From positions 1-59,735 of the forward strand of contig CALVXA010000001.1 in NCBI GenBank assembly GCA_944368635.1: a stretch of 59,735 bases of DNA, read 5' to 3'. The stretch is from an uncultured Clostridia bacterium. Its GTDB lineage: Bacteria; Bacillota; Clostridia; Christensenellales; Borkfalkiaceae. The notes under the pieces are model-generated. The model was given only the letters and a program-made list of their open reading frames with translations. It did not search any database and was not told the origin of the DNA. Of the stretch, positions 17,087 to 27,581 are shown in pieces. Numbering within the stretch: position 1 is the first letter of the stretch; each line of letters starts with the position of its first letter. The position numbers and the translations under genes were made by a program.

Positions 17087-18785
17087 GTTAAAGTTTGTCG
17101 TAATGCCCTTTGCGGCGGTCGCAATGATGGCGGCAACGCTTGCGGGCTGTGCGTCCGACGAGGCGGAGACGGTAAACGAGGCGCCCGAAATAGACGGTGC
17201 GCACGAAATAGAGTGCCTTGTCAATACCAGGGTTGACCTGCTTGACGGCGTTGCCGCGCTGGACGCGGAGGACGGCGACATAACGGCGGACATGAAGATG
17301 AGTATCCGCCCTTCCGTCGGAATACAGGACGGCTATGCCGTATTCCCGGAGCAGGGAACGTATAACCTGACGTATACCGCGAAGGACGCGCAGGGGCTTT
17401 CCGCCACAGAGACGGTCATAATAAACGTCACCGACAGGGAACTGTACCACGACTTTGTCAGCGCAGGCGGCTTCAGCTGCCAGACGGGCGGCAACGCTCA
17501 GCTTGAAATTTATGGCCCGCGCGACGGCATCTACCGCGTAAAGGCAACGGGCGCGGAGGTGGCGGAAGACGTTCAGCTTGTCAGGGAATTTGACCTTGTT
17601 TCGGGCGGCGTGCATACCTTCACGTATCACTACTACAGTTACAGCGCGGGCAGGGTGACGCTTACGGCGGACGGCTACCCGTTTGCAGTGGCGGACATCT
17701 ATAAGGGCGAACACTACCTTACGTTTGAATATGTGCCCTATTCGGAAGAGGCTACAGTGACGTCGGACATTGCCATGTGCATAGGCGGCGCGGCGCAGGA
17801 CGGAGTTGTCAACTTCATGCTGTTTTCCGTGGACTTCACCTATCCAGGAAGCATGGTGGAGGAGGGCGAACAGCTTTCTGACAGCTTTGCTTTCTCCACG
17901 GAAGGCGACGAAAACACCGCCACCCTTCAGGGCAGATTTGACGGAACGGAGGGCACGGCAGTCACGGAGGACGGAAGCAGCGCCACGCTTAACATCACTT
18001 CCGCGGGCGACGCGGCATGGCGGGGCGGTATGTTCATAAATACGGGCGTCAACATTCTTACGGGCGCGACGTACACCGTCTCGTTTGACCTTGTAACTGC
18101 AAACGCCTCACCCGTTTCCATTAGCGTGCAGAACAACAAGTGGAACGAGTACAAGTATGCGGACAGGACGGAAGAAAACCTCACCGGCGGCGGCAGGCGG
18201 CTTTCATACGAGTTCAGCACAGATTCCTCGCACGAAGGAGTGCTCTGGCTGTACATTCAGTCGGGCAACTATGTCAACACCGTGACGCTTTCAGACCTCA
18301 GCGTTACCGCAATACCCGGAGGATCGGTGACGGAGAACATTCTTCTCGAAGACTTCACCCATTCGGAGAAAAACGGCTATACAGGTTCGCTCAGCACGGC
18401 GGACGGCGGATTTACCTATATGCTTGACGAGGTGTCCTCCAAGGACGACGACCAGATGGTTAACAGTCCGAGGTTCAAAATATCCGGCAGCAGTAAAAAT
18501 TATGTCGTGTCTTTCGTCGCAAAGGCGAGCGCGCCCGTGGAAATAATATTCGCGTCGCCAAAGTACGGCGGCTGGGACCCCACATGGTTCTGGCAGAGAT
18601 TGACTCTCTCACAGGAAGAACAGCTTTACACCGTGGAGTTCTACAACGACATCAACAGTTTTGATTACTACTATCTGACTTGGCAGTTCGGCTCTGCCGC
18701 AAATTCAGGGCTCACCGACGTCAAGATAGAGATTACGGATATAAAAATTTCGCTCAAGACGGGCGAAGAGCTTGAAAATAATTGA
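17073..18785 (+). CDS. Surface lipoprotein with an Ig-like (DUF5011-type) domain and probable carbohydrate-binding modules
   Basis: Lipobox LAGC. DUF5011-like segment (IECLVNTRVDLLDGVAALDAEDGDITADM). Beta-rich remainder. Confidence 0.6.
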   Translation: MKRNKLKFVVMPFAAVAMMAATLAGCASDEAETVNEAPEIDGAHEIECLVNTRVDLLDGVAALDAEDGDITADMKMSIRPSVGIQDGYAVFPEQGTYNLTYTAKDAQGLSATETVIINVTDRELYHDFVSAGGFSCQTGGNAQLEIYGPRDGIYRVKATGAEVAEDVQLVREFDLVSGGVHTFTYHYYSYSAGRVTLTADGYPFAVADIYKGEHYLTFEYVPYSEEATVTSDIAMCIGGAAQDGVVNFMLFSVDFTYPGSMVEEGEQLSDSFAFSTEGDENTATLQGRFDGTEGTAVTEDGSSATLNITSAGDAAWRGGMFINTGVNILTGATYTVSFDLVTANASPVSISVQNNKWNEYKYADRTEENLTGGGRRLSYEFSTDSSHEGVLWLYIQSGNYVNTVTLSDLSVTAIPGGSVTENILLEDFTHSEKNGYTGSLSTADGGFTYMLDEVSSKDDDQMVNSPRFKISGSSKNYVVSFVAKASAPVEIIFASPKYGGWDPTWFWQRLTLSQEEQLYTVEFYNDINSFDYYYLTWQFGSAANSGLTDVKIEITDIKISLKTGEELENN

Positions 18786-20143
18786 GTATGGTACAACAGG
18801 AAGAGACGGAAAAATACATACATACAAACAGGGGCAAGGTAAACAAGGACTTTTTCCCCCTGTATCACATGACGTCGCCCGTGGGCTGGATGAACGACCC
18901 CAACGGACTGTGCAGATATAACGGCAGGTATCACCTGTACTATCAGTATAATCCCTACGACGTCAAGCCGGGGACGATGATGTGGGGGCACTTTGCTTCC
19001 GACGACCTTATAACCTACCGCGACGAGAGCGTTGCAATTCTGCCCGAGCGGGAGAACGCGAGCATATTTTCGGGAGGTGCGATTCCCACCGAGAAAGGAC
19101 TTTGCGCGGTGTTTACGGAACACTATGAAAAGGGCGATTTCAAGCGCGAGACGGTGCATGCCGCCCTGTCTGCCGACGGTTGCTCCTTCGGTGCGTCGCG
19201 CCCCGTTTTCGACAACGAAAAACTGCCCGCAAACATAAGCAGGAGCGACTTCCGCGACCCCTATCCGGTATATGTGGACGGAAATTATTACGTCTTTGTA
19301 GGTGGAAAGGATGTCGCTGCGGACAGCGGCGTGATAGTCGTGCTTGGCGGCAAAACGCTTGCGGAGCTGGAGTATAAGTTCACTTTAGGTCCCTTTTACG
19401 AGCTGGGCAACATGGGCGAATGTCCCTGTTGGCACAGGGTGGACGGCAAGGACGTCATCGCCGTCTCCGGCTGCGAGGTCAAGGCGCGCGGCAACGATTT
19501 TAAAAACGTCAACTCCTCCGTGTTCATTGTCGGCAACCTCGACTTTGAAGGTGGGAAGATGAAGGTGGACTACATCTCCGAAATAGACAAGGGAGACTGT
19601 TTCTATGCCCCCCAGTTCATAAGCGGAGAACAAAGACCCATACTTGTGGGCTGGCATGAAATGTGGGGCAAACCCTATCCCACGAAGGAAAGGGGGGACG
19701 GTTGGGTAGGCTCTTTCACAATACCCAGGCGGCTGTCTCTCAAGGACGGTAGGCTGATGCAGTTTCCCGTGGAGGAGCTGGACGGTTACTGCCGCGAATA
19801 TGACGGAAATGACGTTCCCGGCTGTGCAAGGCTTACGCTCCGGTTTGACGGCGACGGCGCCGTTGAAATTGTGGGCAGCGACGGCAGCATGGAAGTGGCT
19901 TGCAGGGACGGATATATCTGTCTGGACACTACCCGCTCCAACAGCGGCAACGGCTGCGTAAGGCGGACAAACGACAGATATGCGCACTGTACGGTTTGCG
20001 TGCTTCTGGATAAGTCATCGGTGGAAGTGTTCGTCGACGGCGGCAAAGAGGCCATTTCAGGCAGGATGTATGTAAGCGGCAGATTGTCGGCAAGCGTGCG
20101 CGGTTGCGCGGCAGTCTCAAAAACTGAAAAGGTGGAAGTATGA
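18782..20143 (+). CDS. Glycoside hydrolase family 32 (intracellular beta-fructofuranosidase / sucrose-6-phosphate hydrolase-like)
   Basis: WMNDPNG, FRDPY and ECPC motifs. No signal peptide. TTG at 18782 or ATG at 18788. Confidence 0.9.
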   Translation: MSMVQQEETEKYIHTNRGKVNKDFFPLYHMTSPVGWMNDPNGLCRYNGRYHLYYQYNPYDVKPGTMMWGHFASDDLITYRDESVAILPERENASIFSGGAIPTEKGLCAVFTEHYEKGDFKRETVHAALSADGCSFGASRPVFDNEKLPANISRSDFRDPYPVYVDGNYYVFVGGKDVAADSGVIVVLGGKTLAELEYKFTLGPFYELGNMGECPCWHRVDGKDVIAVSGCEVKARGNDFKNVNSSVFIVGNLDFEGGKMKVDYISEIDKGDCFYAPQFISGEQRPILVGWHEMWGKPYPTKERGDGWVGSFTIPRRLSLKDGRLMQFPVEELDGYCREYDGNDVPGCARLTLRFDGDGAVEIVGSDGSMEVACRDGYICLDTTRSNSGNGCVRRTNDRYAHCTVCVLLDKSSVEVFVDGGKEAISGRMYVSGRLSASVRGCAAVSKTEKVEV

Positions 20144-21678
20144 AATTCTTAAAAGTGTTAACTGTTGCGGCGCTTGCCGCGGCAATGTGCGCCGGTGCGG
20201 CTGCGTGCGGCGGCGACACCTCGGAAGAGAAGACGGAAATTCCCGTCAACAACTATTCGGTATTCCCCGCCTCTACCTATAATGACACGGTGGAAGTTAC
20301 GATGGGCGACGTCATGCCCTATTACGATGCGGACAGCGGAGTGATGAACATCTTCCATCTGCAGAACACCAGGGGCAGCAACAGCAATTATTATCACCCC
20401 ATCGCCCGCCTGACCACGTCGGATTTTTTGACGTACGACTATAAGGGCATATCCATCAATTTCGAGGAGAACATAAAGTCGCCCGACGCCGCAATAGGTA
20501 CGGGTTCGTTCATAAAGGACGAAGACGGACTTTACCACTGCTTCTACACGGGGCATAACGCCGCAGGCAGGGAAAATTCCGGATTGGATTGGATAGAGGT
20601 GGTAAGGCACGCCACCAGCACGGACCTTCAGACGTGGACGAAGATAGAGGAGTTCAACCTCTACGGCGGCCGCAATGATTTCCGCGACCCCTACGTCTAC
20701 TATGACGCGCAGGACGGACTGTATTATATGCTCATCACCACCAACGACGATACGCACGGGGGCATAATCAAGAGGTATTCCTCCCCCTCGCTCTCCGCGG
20801 ACGATACGGGCTGGACGGATTGCGGCATATTCTACGACGACCCCGACGCAGGTTACAACATGGAGTGCCCTTCATACGTGGAATACAACGGATACTGGTA
20901 TCTGGCATACAGCGAACAGGGCGAAAACAGGGTAACGCATTACCGTTACCGCACCTCGCGCGACGGCGAATGGCTTAAGTTTGAACGCGACAGCATAGAT
21001 GCCAGCGGCTTCTATGCGGGCAGGCTGGAAAAGGCAGGCGAAGAACTTTATGCCTTTGCGTGGTGCGCAACGCTTACAGGCGGCAGCGTGGGCGAATTTG
21101 ACTGGGGCGGCAACCTCGTGACGCACAGGCTGACGCAGGGGACAAACGGCGAACTGTGCGCCGTGCCCGTCGGCAACGTGCTTGATAAGGTTTCCTCTGA
21201 ACAGAAAGTAAGCTTTACAGACGGTACGCCAGTCTCCCAGCTTTCCTTCACGGCTGAAAAGTTCCGTGCTTCGGCAGTCGATGTCGAGATACCCGAATGT
21301 GTGGTGAGGGTAAGCTTTGACGTCACGATAGACGGGACTGGCGGCAATGCGGGCGTAACTTTCGGACTCAGGGACGCATACGACAACAGACTTGGAAGCG
21401 CGCTCATCGCGTTCGATACCCAAAAGGGTGAAATTGCAGGCTACAACGACGTGTCCAACGTCCTTCGCTACGGCAGTGCGCTCGCCCGTGTGCCTTTCGC
21501 CTTCACGGACGGCGAGACCTATCACGTCGAACTGCTCATCGACGGCGACGTGGTGACGGTATATTTCGATAATACGGTTGCAATGACCGTGCGCATTGTG
21601 GGCATGGCGGAAAATTACTTTTCATTCTATTCTAACGGCGTCAGCGCCGCATTCGGAGGTATAAAATTCTATGTGTGA
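20140..21678 (+). CDS. Glycoside hydrolase family 32 lipoprotein (extracellular fructan hydrolase-like)
   Basis: Signal peptide plus lipobox (AAACGG). FRDPYVYYD and MECPSY motifs. C-terminal beta-sandwich. Confidence 0.8.
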   Translation: MKFLKVLTVAALAAAMCAGAAACGGDTSEEKTEIPVNNYSVFPASTYNDTVEVTMGDVMPYYDADSGVMNIFHLQNTRGSNSNYYHPIARLTTSDFLTYDYKGISINFEENIKSPDAAIGTGSFIKDEDGLYHCFYTGHNAAGRENSGLDWIEVVRHATSTDLQTWTKIEEFNLYGGRNDFRDPYVYYDAQDGLYYMLITTNDDTHGGIIKRYSSPSLSADDTGWTDCGIFYDDPDAGYNMECPSYVEYNGYWYLAYSEQGENRVTHYRYRTSRDGEWLKFERDSIDASGFYAGRLEKAGEELYAFAWCATLTGGSVGEFDWGGNLVTHRLTQGTNGELCAVPVGNVLDKVSSEQKVSFTDGTPVSQLSFTAEKFRASAVDVEIPECVVRVSFDVTIDGTGGNAGVTFGLRDAYDNRLGSALIAFDTQKGEIAGYNDVSNVLRYGSALARVPFAFTDGETYHVELLIDGDVVTVYFDNTVAMTVRIVGMAENYFSFYSNGVSAAFGGIKFYV

Positions 21679-22624
21679 GTTGTATTCTGTGGGCGAACTG
21701 CTCATCGATTTTCAGTCTGTCGGTCACGGCTCCCTTAAGGAGACGTCGCAGTTCATAAAGAATGCGGGCGGCGCACCCGCCAACGTGTGCGTGCAGGCGG
21801 TAAAGCTCGGGCATAAGGCGCACTATCTCACAAAGGTGGGCAATGACGGGTTCGGCGATTTCCTCGTTCAGACGCTCAAGGACGAGGGGGTGGACATATC
21901 GTTCGTGTCGAAGAGCGACGAATACAACACCTCGCTGGCATTTGTAAGTATATGCGAAAACGGCGAAAGAGATTTCAGCTTTTACCGCACGATGACCGCA
22001 GACCTGTACTTCACCGAAGAGGATTTCAAGGATGTGAAGTTCGCCGCGGGCGACTACTTTGAATTCGGCAGCGTCGCGCTTGCAACGGACGTGGCGAGAA
22101 ATACGCATAAATACCTGCTTGAGAGGGCGAAAAAGGCGGGCTCGGTCATCTGTTTCGATCCCAACCTGCGTTTTAACCTCTGGAAGGACAAACAGGAACT
22201 CAAGGACGTGGTGATGCAGTTTGCCGCATATGCGGACGTCGTAAAAGTCGGCAAGGACGAGCTGGAGTTCCTTACGGGCAGACCCGACGGCGAGGGCGAC
22301 CTGTTTGCCCTGGGCGTAAAGGTTGTTGCAATTACGGACGGAAGCAAGGGCGCGACGGTCAGCCTTTCGGACGGCAGAAAGTACGAGTGCGGCGGCTACA
22401 AGGTCAAGGCGGTGGACGCCACGGGCGCGGGCGACTCCTTCTTCGGCGCGTTCATTTCGGGACTTATGGACGAGGGCGCAACGCGCGATTCATTGCTTGC
22501 GCAGGGGACAGACTACGGCGCAATACTTGACTTTGCGTGCAAGTGCGGCGCATATACGGCAACCAGGTACGGCGCGATTCCCGCTATGGGCAACAGAGAA
22601 AACGTAAACGAGGCGGTAAAATAA
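21671..22624 (+). CDS. PfkB-family carbohydrate kinase (fructokinase-like)
   Basis: GELLIDF N-terminus and DATGAGDSF ATP-site motif. Sits in a GH32 locus. Confidence 0.85.
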   Translation: MCELYSVGELLIDFQSVGHGSLKETSQFIKNAGGAPANVCVQAVKLGHKAHYLTKVGNDGFGDFLVQTLKDEGVDISFVSKSDEYNTSLAFVSICENGERDFSFYRTMTADLYFTEEDFKDVKFAAGDYFEFGSVALATDVARNTHKYLLERAKKAGSVICFDPNLRFNLWKDKQELKDVVMQFAAYADVVKVGKDELEFLTGRPDGEGDLFALGVKVVAITDGSKGATVSLSDGRKYECGGYKVKAVDATGAGDSFFGAFISGLMDEGATRDSLLAQGTDYGAILDFACKCGAYTATRYGAIPAMGNRENVNEAVK

Positions 22625-22625
22625 T

Positions 22626-23855
22626 ATGGCAACTGTAAAACTTGTAAACGTCAACAAAGTATATGACGGCGGCGTTCATGCCGTGCATGACTTCTCCATA
22701 GACATTGCGGACGGCGAATTCATTGTGTTCGTAGGTCCCTCGGGCTGCGGCAAGTCAACCACGCTCCGCATGATTGCCGGACTGGAGGAAATCTCCTTCG
22801 GCGAGCTGTACATCGACGATAAGAACATGACAAACGCCGCACCCAAGGACAGGGATATCGCAATGGTATTCCAGTCATATGCGCTCTACCCGCAGATGAG
22901 CATATACGACAATATGGCGTATGCCCTTAAACTGCGCAAAATACCCAAGGAAGAAATAGACAAAAGAGTGCGTTCCGCCGCCGAGATACTCAAGCTTACC
23001 AATTACCTCAACAGAAAGCCCCGTGCGCTTTCGGGCGGACAGAGACAGCGTGTTGCGCTGGGCAGGGCAATAGTCAGAAGACCCAAGGTATTCCTGATGG
23101 ACGAACCTCTCTCCAACCTCGACGCAAAACTGAGGGTGGCGATGAGAAGCGAAATCGTCCGCATACACAACGAAGTCGGCGCAACCACCATCTATGTCAC
23201 TCACGACCAGGTGGAGGCAATGACCATGGCAAGCAGAATAGTCGTCATGAAGGACGGCTTCATACAGCAGATAGGCGTTCCCGACGAGCTGTACCGCAAC
23301 CCCACAAATATGTTTGTCGCTGGCTTCATAGGCACGCCTGCCATGAACTTTTTGCGAGGAACGGTGAAAGGCGGGAAGTTCTACCCCGACGGCATGGAGA
23401 ATCCGATTCCCCTCACGGAGGAGCAGAAAGCTCTGCTCGTCAACTACGAAGGCAAGAGGGTGGTATACGGCATAAGACCCGAAAACCTCATCTACGAAAA
23501 GTCCGACCGCTATAAAAAGTTCGCTGCATATTCCTTCCCCGTCAGATGCGGCATAGTCGAAAAGCTGGGCGATATTGTCAACGTACACGGAATGGCGGGC
23601 GACAGCGAAGTCATCGCCAAGATGAACAGCAAGTACGACGTGACGGGCTTTGAAAGCATAAATGTGGCTGTGGACACGGAATATGTGCGCCTGTTCAACG
23701 AAAGCACTACAAAGGCAATTACCCCCGAACACAACGAGTACGAGGAATCTGACGTGGAGGTATCGCTCGAAGGCGACAACGTGGACATAATTCAGATAAA
23801 GAAGAAGAGCATTTTTGAAAAGGTAAAGGAACTTTTCAAAGGCAAAAAGAAGTGA
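22626..23855 (+). CDS. ABC transporter ATP-binding protein, MsmX/UgpC (CUT1 energising) type
   Basis: Walker [10 protein letters not shown], signature LSGGQRQR, Walker [10 protein letters not shown]-terminal regulatory domain plus a Lys-rich tail. Confidence 0.9.
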   Translation: MATVKLVNVNKVYDGGVHAVHDFSIDIADGEFIVFVGPSGCGKSTTLRMIAGLEEISFGELYIDDKNMTNAAPKDRDIAMVFQSYALYPQMSIYDNMAYALKLRKIPKEEIDKRVRSAAEILKLTNYLNRKPRALSGGQRQRVALGRAIVRRPKVFLMDEPLSNLDAKLRVAMRSEIVRIHNEVGATTIYVTHDQVEAMTMASRIVVMKDGFIQQIGVPDELYRNPTNMFVAGFIGTPAMNFLRGTVKGGKFYPDGMENPIPLTEEQKALLVNYEGKRVVYGIRPENLIYEKSDRYKKFAAYSFPVRCGIVEKLGDIVNVHGMAGDSEVIAKMNSKYDVTGFESINVAVDTEYVRLFNESTTKAITPEHNEYEESDVEVSLEGDNVDIIQIKKKSIFEKVKELFKGKKK

Positions 23856-23896
23856 TGCGCCCCGCGCGGCGTCTATATGCGCTATGACTAAATCAA

Positions 23897-23934
23897 AGCA
23901 CCCTTCCCGAAAATACGGGGAGGGTGCTTTTTTG
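23897..23934 (+). terminator. Rho-independent terminator
   Basis: AGCACCCTTCCCG / CGGGGAGGGTGCT stem followed by TTTTT. Confidence 0.85.
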
Positions 23935-24016
23935 TCTGTACTTCATCTTGTGTCGGCAGGATAGCGGACGCATATTTTAGCGCGGCTGCCATAAAAGGAA
24001 CCGTCGGGACATTTGT

Positions 24017-24769
24017 TCAGTCTGAAAGCGGAGGGAGCGGGTGCGCCTGAACTGCGGCGAAAAATGCGGCAATGGGACTGTCTATGTAAAGCGCGCCCTG
24101 AACAGGTCTTGCCGTATTTCCGAGGTTTATGACGACCAGATTGTCGCCGCGGAAAAAGTCCACAAGCCCGGCTGCAGGGTACACGTTAAGCGAAGTGCCG
24201 CCCACTATCAGCGTGTCCGCATTGCGTATGTACTCTGCCGCTTGTTCAAGCGTGTGTTCGTCAAGCGCCTCCTCGTAAAGCACAACCTGCGGCTTTATTA
24301 TGCCTCCGCACGCGCACAGCGGCACGCCCGTGCAGCCCGTAACGGCTTCCGCGCCGTAAAGCCTGCCGCACCTGACGCACCTGTTCCTGTAAACGCTGCC
24401 GTGCAGTTCAAGCACCGTTCTGCTCCCCGCGGCGCTGTGCAGACCGTCTATGTTCTGCGTTACCACGGCGGCAAGTCTGCCCTGTCTTTCCCATTCGGCA
24501 AGCGCATAGTGCGCGGCGTTGGGCTTTGCGTTCGGGTAAATCATCTTCTCGCGGTAAAAGTCAAAAAATTCGCGGGTGTGCGTGCGGAAAAATGTCGCCG
24601 ACAGTATGTATTCGGGCGGATAGGCGTACTTCTTTGCGTAAAGCCCGTCCTGAGAGCGGAAGTCGGGTATGCCGCTCTCCGTGCTTACTCCCGCCCCGCC
24701 GAAGAATACCGCCCGCCGCGAGCGGCCGAGCATATCCCTGAATTTCAAAAGCTGTTCGTCCGTGAACAT
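24017..24769 (-). CDS. cobB: NAD-dependent protein deacylase (Sir2 family, CobB)
   Basis: GAGVSTESGIPDFRS motif and Zn-ribbon CVRCG...CACGG. Start at MFTDEQ follows GGAGGG. The upstream 35 codons of the tracked ORF were discarded. Confidence 0.9.
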   Translation of the reverse strand: MFTDEQLLKFRDMLGRSRRAVFFGGAGVSTESGIPDFRSQDGLYAKKYAYPPEYILSATFFRTHTREFFDFYREKMIYPNAKPNAAHYALAEWERQGRLAAVVTQNIDGLHSAAGSRTVLELHGSVYRNRCVRCGRLYGAEAVTGCTGVPLCACGGIIKPQVVLYEEALDEHTLEQAAEYIRNADTLIVGGTSLNVYPAAGLVDFFRGDNLVVINLGNTARPVQGALYIDSPIAAFFAAVQAHPLPPLSD

Positions 24770-24977
24770 CTGTATTTTCCCTCCGCAGTATGAGCATATA
24801 CGTCCGCACATATCTGCATTTACAATTATATCACTCTTCGGGGTATTTGCAAGAGTCTTGCGCGCATTCCGCACCCGACCATGCTTGCAGACGCGTATTG
24901 CGCCCCGGCTTTTGCCGCATTTGCTCCGCAGACAATAGCGCCCGACTGCGCAGAAATGACATTTTACCGCGCATTGC

Positions 24978-25006
24978 TTGACTTGGACGGGTAGTCAATA
25001 TATAAT
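24978..25006 (+). promoter_or_regulatory. Consensus sigma-A promoter
   Basis: TTGACT (24978-24983), 17 nt, TATAAT (25001-25006), about 100 nt upstream of the Wzz-like gene. Confidence 0.7.
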
Positions 25007-25106
25007 ATAATAAGCGTTGCAGACGGTTTTTGGGACGGCTTTTGCGCCCTGAACGGTTGTCGCGGCGCAAGGTCTGCATACGAATGCGTACCTCAGGAGG
25101 TTTGTC

Positions 25107-26444
25107 ATGGAAGATAACGGAATTACGCTCGGCGAGATATTCAGGCTCATCTTCAGAAGAATATGGTGGGTCGTCGGCGTGACTTTGGCATTTTTGGTAA
25201 TAGCCGCCCTGCTTGTCCAGTTCTGGTATAACCCCAAGGACAGGCAGTACAGCTGTACATATACGGTTACGTTCCCCGGCAGCGAACAGGGCGTATACCC
25301 CGACGGGTCGGCAATAAAATATCAGGAAAGCGTTTCGCCTGAAAGCCTTAAGGCGGTCAGGGATGAAAGCTACGTCGACGAATCGCTCAGAACGGGAGAG
25401 TTCAAGGACATCGACGTGGAGGCAATGTCGGCAAACGGCGGAATTGCCATTTCCTATACAGCGCCTGTAGTAGAAGACAGCGTGATTACGGAGCCTTCGG
25501 TCTGCACGCTCACGGCGGACGCTTCTTGCTTCAGCAGCCAGGAACAGGCGTCGCGTTTCCTTGCAGAGGTTGCGGGCTATCCCGTCAGAAAGGCGCAGCA
25601 GACGTCGGCAAACACTTCGCGCGACAAGTACCTTACGATGGCAGATTCCGCAAACTCCTACGAAGATAAGCTCGAATACCTTCTCGGACAGAGGAGATAT
25701 CTCACCCTTCTCTATTACGACCTGGGCAAGACGTACGGACAATCTTACAGTCCCGTAGAAGGCGAGACGGTGGGCAACCTCAGGGAAGAGGTGGAAGCCG
25801 TTCTCGGCAAGAGCGAGCAGGAGAGAATAGAAAACATAATTTCGGGCAACAACCTCATAATAGACACGGAGGGCTATCTGGCGACGGCGGATGCGGAGAA
25901 GGCTGCGCTTAATTCAGAGATAGCGCTGAATGAGGCGATTATAACCGCCCTTCAGGAGAAAATAGACGAACTTCAGAACGCAGAAAGCGGCCTCGGACTT
26001 GACATGAGCCAGATAGAGGCGTATCATTCACAGATAGCGAAGTACGTGGTGAAGAATGCCGAACTGCAGGTTAAGGTTGCAACGATAGAAAAGACGGTTG
26101 CCGCCATTGCCGACTACGACAACCCCGAGACGGAGACGGGCAAAATAAAGCAGGCGCTCGACGCGGAATTTGCCGACGTGCGCGCACAGCTTGCCGCACT
26201 TACAGATAAGGCGGACAGCGTGCTTGATTCCGTGTATGCCAGCGGCGCAAACGTGCAGATGTCGGGCGGGGTTGAACTCAGCGGCGGCATCAATGTCGTG
26301 ATTGCGGCCGTTGCGGGCGCAATAGGCGGCTTCATAATTGTAAGCGTGGTTATTCTCATTCTGGATATACCCGCATACAGGCGCAAAAAGCAGGAACAGC
26401 TTGCACAAGAGGCGGCTGCAGAAGGCACAGACAGCAAAGACTGA
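25107..26444 (+). CDS. Polysaccharide co-polymerase (Wzz / chain-length determinant-like) protein
   Basis: N-terminal Wzz-type segment plus TM (ITLGEIFRLIFRRIWWVVGVTLAFLV). Long coiled-coil ectodomain. C-terminal TM and a basic tail. Confidence 0.65.
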   Translation: MEDNGITLGEIFRLIFRRIWWVVGVTLAFLVIAALLVQFWYNPKDRQYSCTYTVTFPGSEQGVYPDGSAIKYQESVSPESLKAVRDESYVDESLRTGEFKDIDVEAMSANGGIAISYTAPVVEDSVITEPSVCTLTADASCFSSQEQASRFLAEVAGYPVRKAQQTSANTSRDKYLTMADSANSYEDKLEYLLGQRRYLTLLYYDLGKTYGQSYSPVEGETVGNLREEVEAVLGKSEQERIENIISGNNLIIDTEGYLATADAEKAALNSEIALNEAIITALQEKIDELQNAESGLGLDMSQIEAYHSQIAKYVVKNAELQVKVATIEKTVAAIADYDNPETETGKIKQALDAEFADVRAQLAALTDKADSVLDSVYASGANVQMSGGVELSGGINVVIAAVAGAIGGFIIVSVVILILDIPAYRRKKQEQLAQEAAAEGTDSKD

Positions 26445-26465
26445 AAGTGCAAGTGACGAATGAAA

Positions 26466-26496
26466 AAGGGTGGCGGAAATATTTTCCGCCGCCCTT
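26466..26496 (+). terminator. Stem-loop terminator (weak T-tract)
   Basis: AAGGGTGGCGGAA / TTCCGCCGCCCTT stem. Confidence 0.5.
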
Positions 26497-26573
26497 CATG
26501 CGTTCCTTCGGCAGAATAAATGCGTCCGTCAGACAGCGCAACCGGATATTGACTTTTATATACCTCCGATTTA

Positions 26574-26602
26574 TTGCATATATTGCGGCATTGTGCTAAA
26601 AT
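26574..26602 (+). promoter_or_regulatory. Sigma-A-type promoter with extended -10
   Basis: TTGCAT, 17 nt, (TGC)TAAAAT. Confidence 0.55.
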
Positions 26603-26645
26603 TTAGGGCGTTGAAATGACAGTAAAATTTTTCGGGAGATAAGAG

Positions 26646-27485
26646 ATGAAGACGGCAGTAATAGACGTCGGCGGCGGAATGCGCGGCATATATGCGGCAG
26701 GCGTGTTCGACCGCTGTATGCAGGACGGAGTGACGTTCGACCTCGGGATAGGCGTTTCCGCAGGCAGCGCAAACATTGCCTCCTATCTGGCAGGGCAGAG
26801 GGGCAGAAATTATGTGTTCTATACCCGCTATGCGCTGCGCAAGCGGTATATGAGCATAGGCAACTTCATTTTTCACCATAACTTCGTGAATCTGGACTAT
26901 GCCTACGGCACGCTCAGCAATGCGGGAGGGGAGTATCCCCTTGACTATGACGCGCTAAAGGCAAACCCCATGCAGTTCACAGTCGTCGCGACGGAGGCGG
27001 AAAGCGGCAGGGCAAAGTACTTTGACAAGGATGACATCTCGCAGGACAACTATGACCCGTTAAAGGCTTCCAGCAGTCTTCCCGTGGTGGGCAGGCCGTA
27101 CATGATTGACGGCGTTCCCTATTACGACGGAGCGTTGGCAGACCCCGTGCCCATAAAGAAGGCGCAGGAAGAGGGGTGCGAAAGGATAGTGCTGGTGCTG
27201 ACCAAGCCGCGCGGCTTCCGCAGAAAGGCAGAGGGGGACATAAAGCTCGCGGAGAAGATTGACGTAAAGTACCGCGGCGCGGCGGAGGGACTTAAACTCC
27301 GCGCACAAAGGTATAACGACGCCCTCGACTATGCCGAGGAGCTTGCCCGTCAGGGTAAACTCCTAATCGTCGCCCCCGATGACACTTGCGGGGTGGACAC
27401 GCTCACCCGCGACAGGAACAACCTTATAAAGCTGTACGACAAGGGAGTGGCGGACGGCGCGGCGGTTACGGAATTTATGGCCTGA
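26646..27485 (+). CDS. Patatin-like phospholipase family protein
   Basis: GGGMRG oxyanion motif and GVSAGS (GxSxG). Confidence 0.9.
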   Translation: MKTAVIDVGGGMRGIYAAGVFDRCMQDGVTFDLGIGVSAGSANIASYLAGQRGRNYVFYTRYALRKRYMSIGNFIFHHNFVNLDYAYGTLSNAGGEYPLDYDALKANPMQFTVVATEAESGRAKYFDKDDISQDNYDPLKASSSLPVVGRPYMIDGVPYYDGALADPVPIKKAQEEGCERIVLVLTKPRGFRRKAEGDIKLAEKIDVKYRGAAEGLKLRAQRYNDALDYAEELARQGKLLIVAPDDTCGVDTLTRDRNNLIKLYDKGVADGAAVTEFMA

Positions 27486-27581
27486 CGCGCGCATTTGTCG
27501 GCAGGAAAAGCCGTTTGCATAATCTGAATATTTCGGGCAGGGCATTTTCACGCTGAACTGTGTGCGGAAAACCTGCCAATG

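Noticed and set aside
24017-24769. Sir2-domain protein as a possible anti-phage (Thoeris/DSR-like) effector. The same question applies to the patatin at 26646..27485 as a CBASS-type effector.
   Set aside because: The Sir2 protein is a compact 250-aa CobB-type deacylase with a Zn ribbon and no extra domains. The patatin is a stand-alone 279-aa housekeeping-type protein. No cyclase, TIR, sensor or other partner genes are adjacent.
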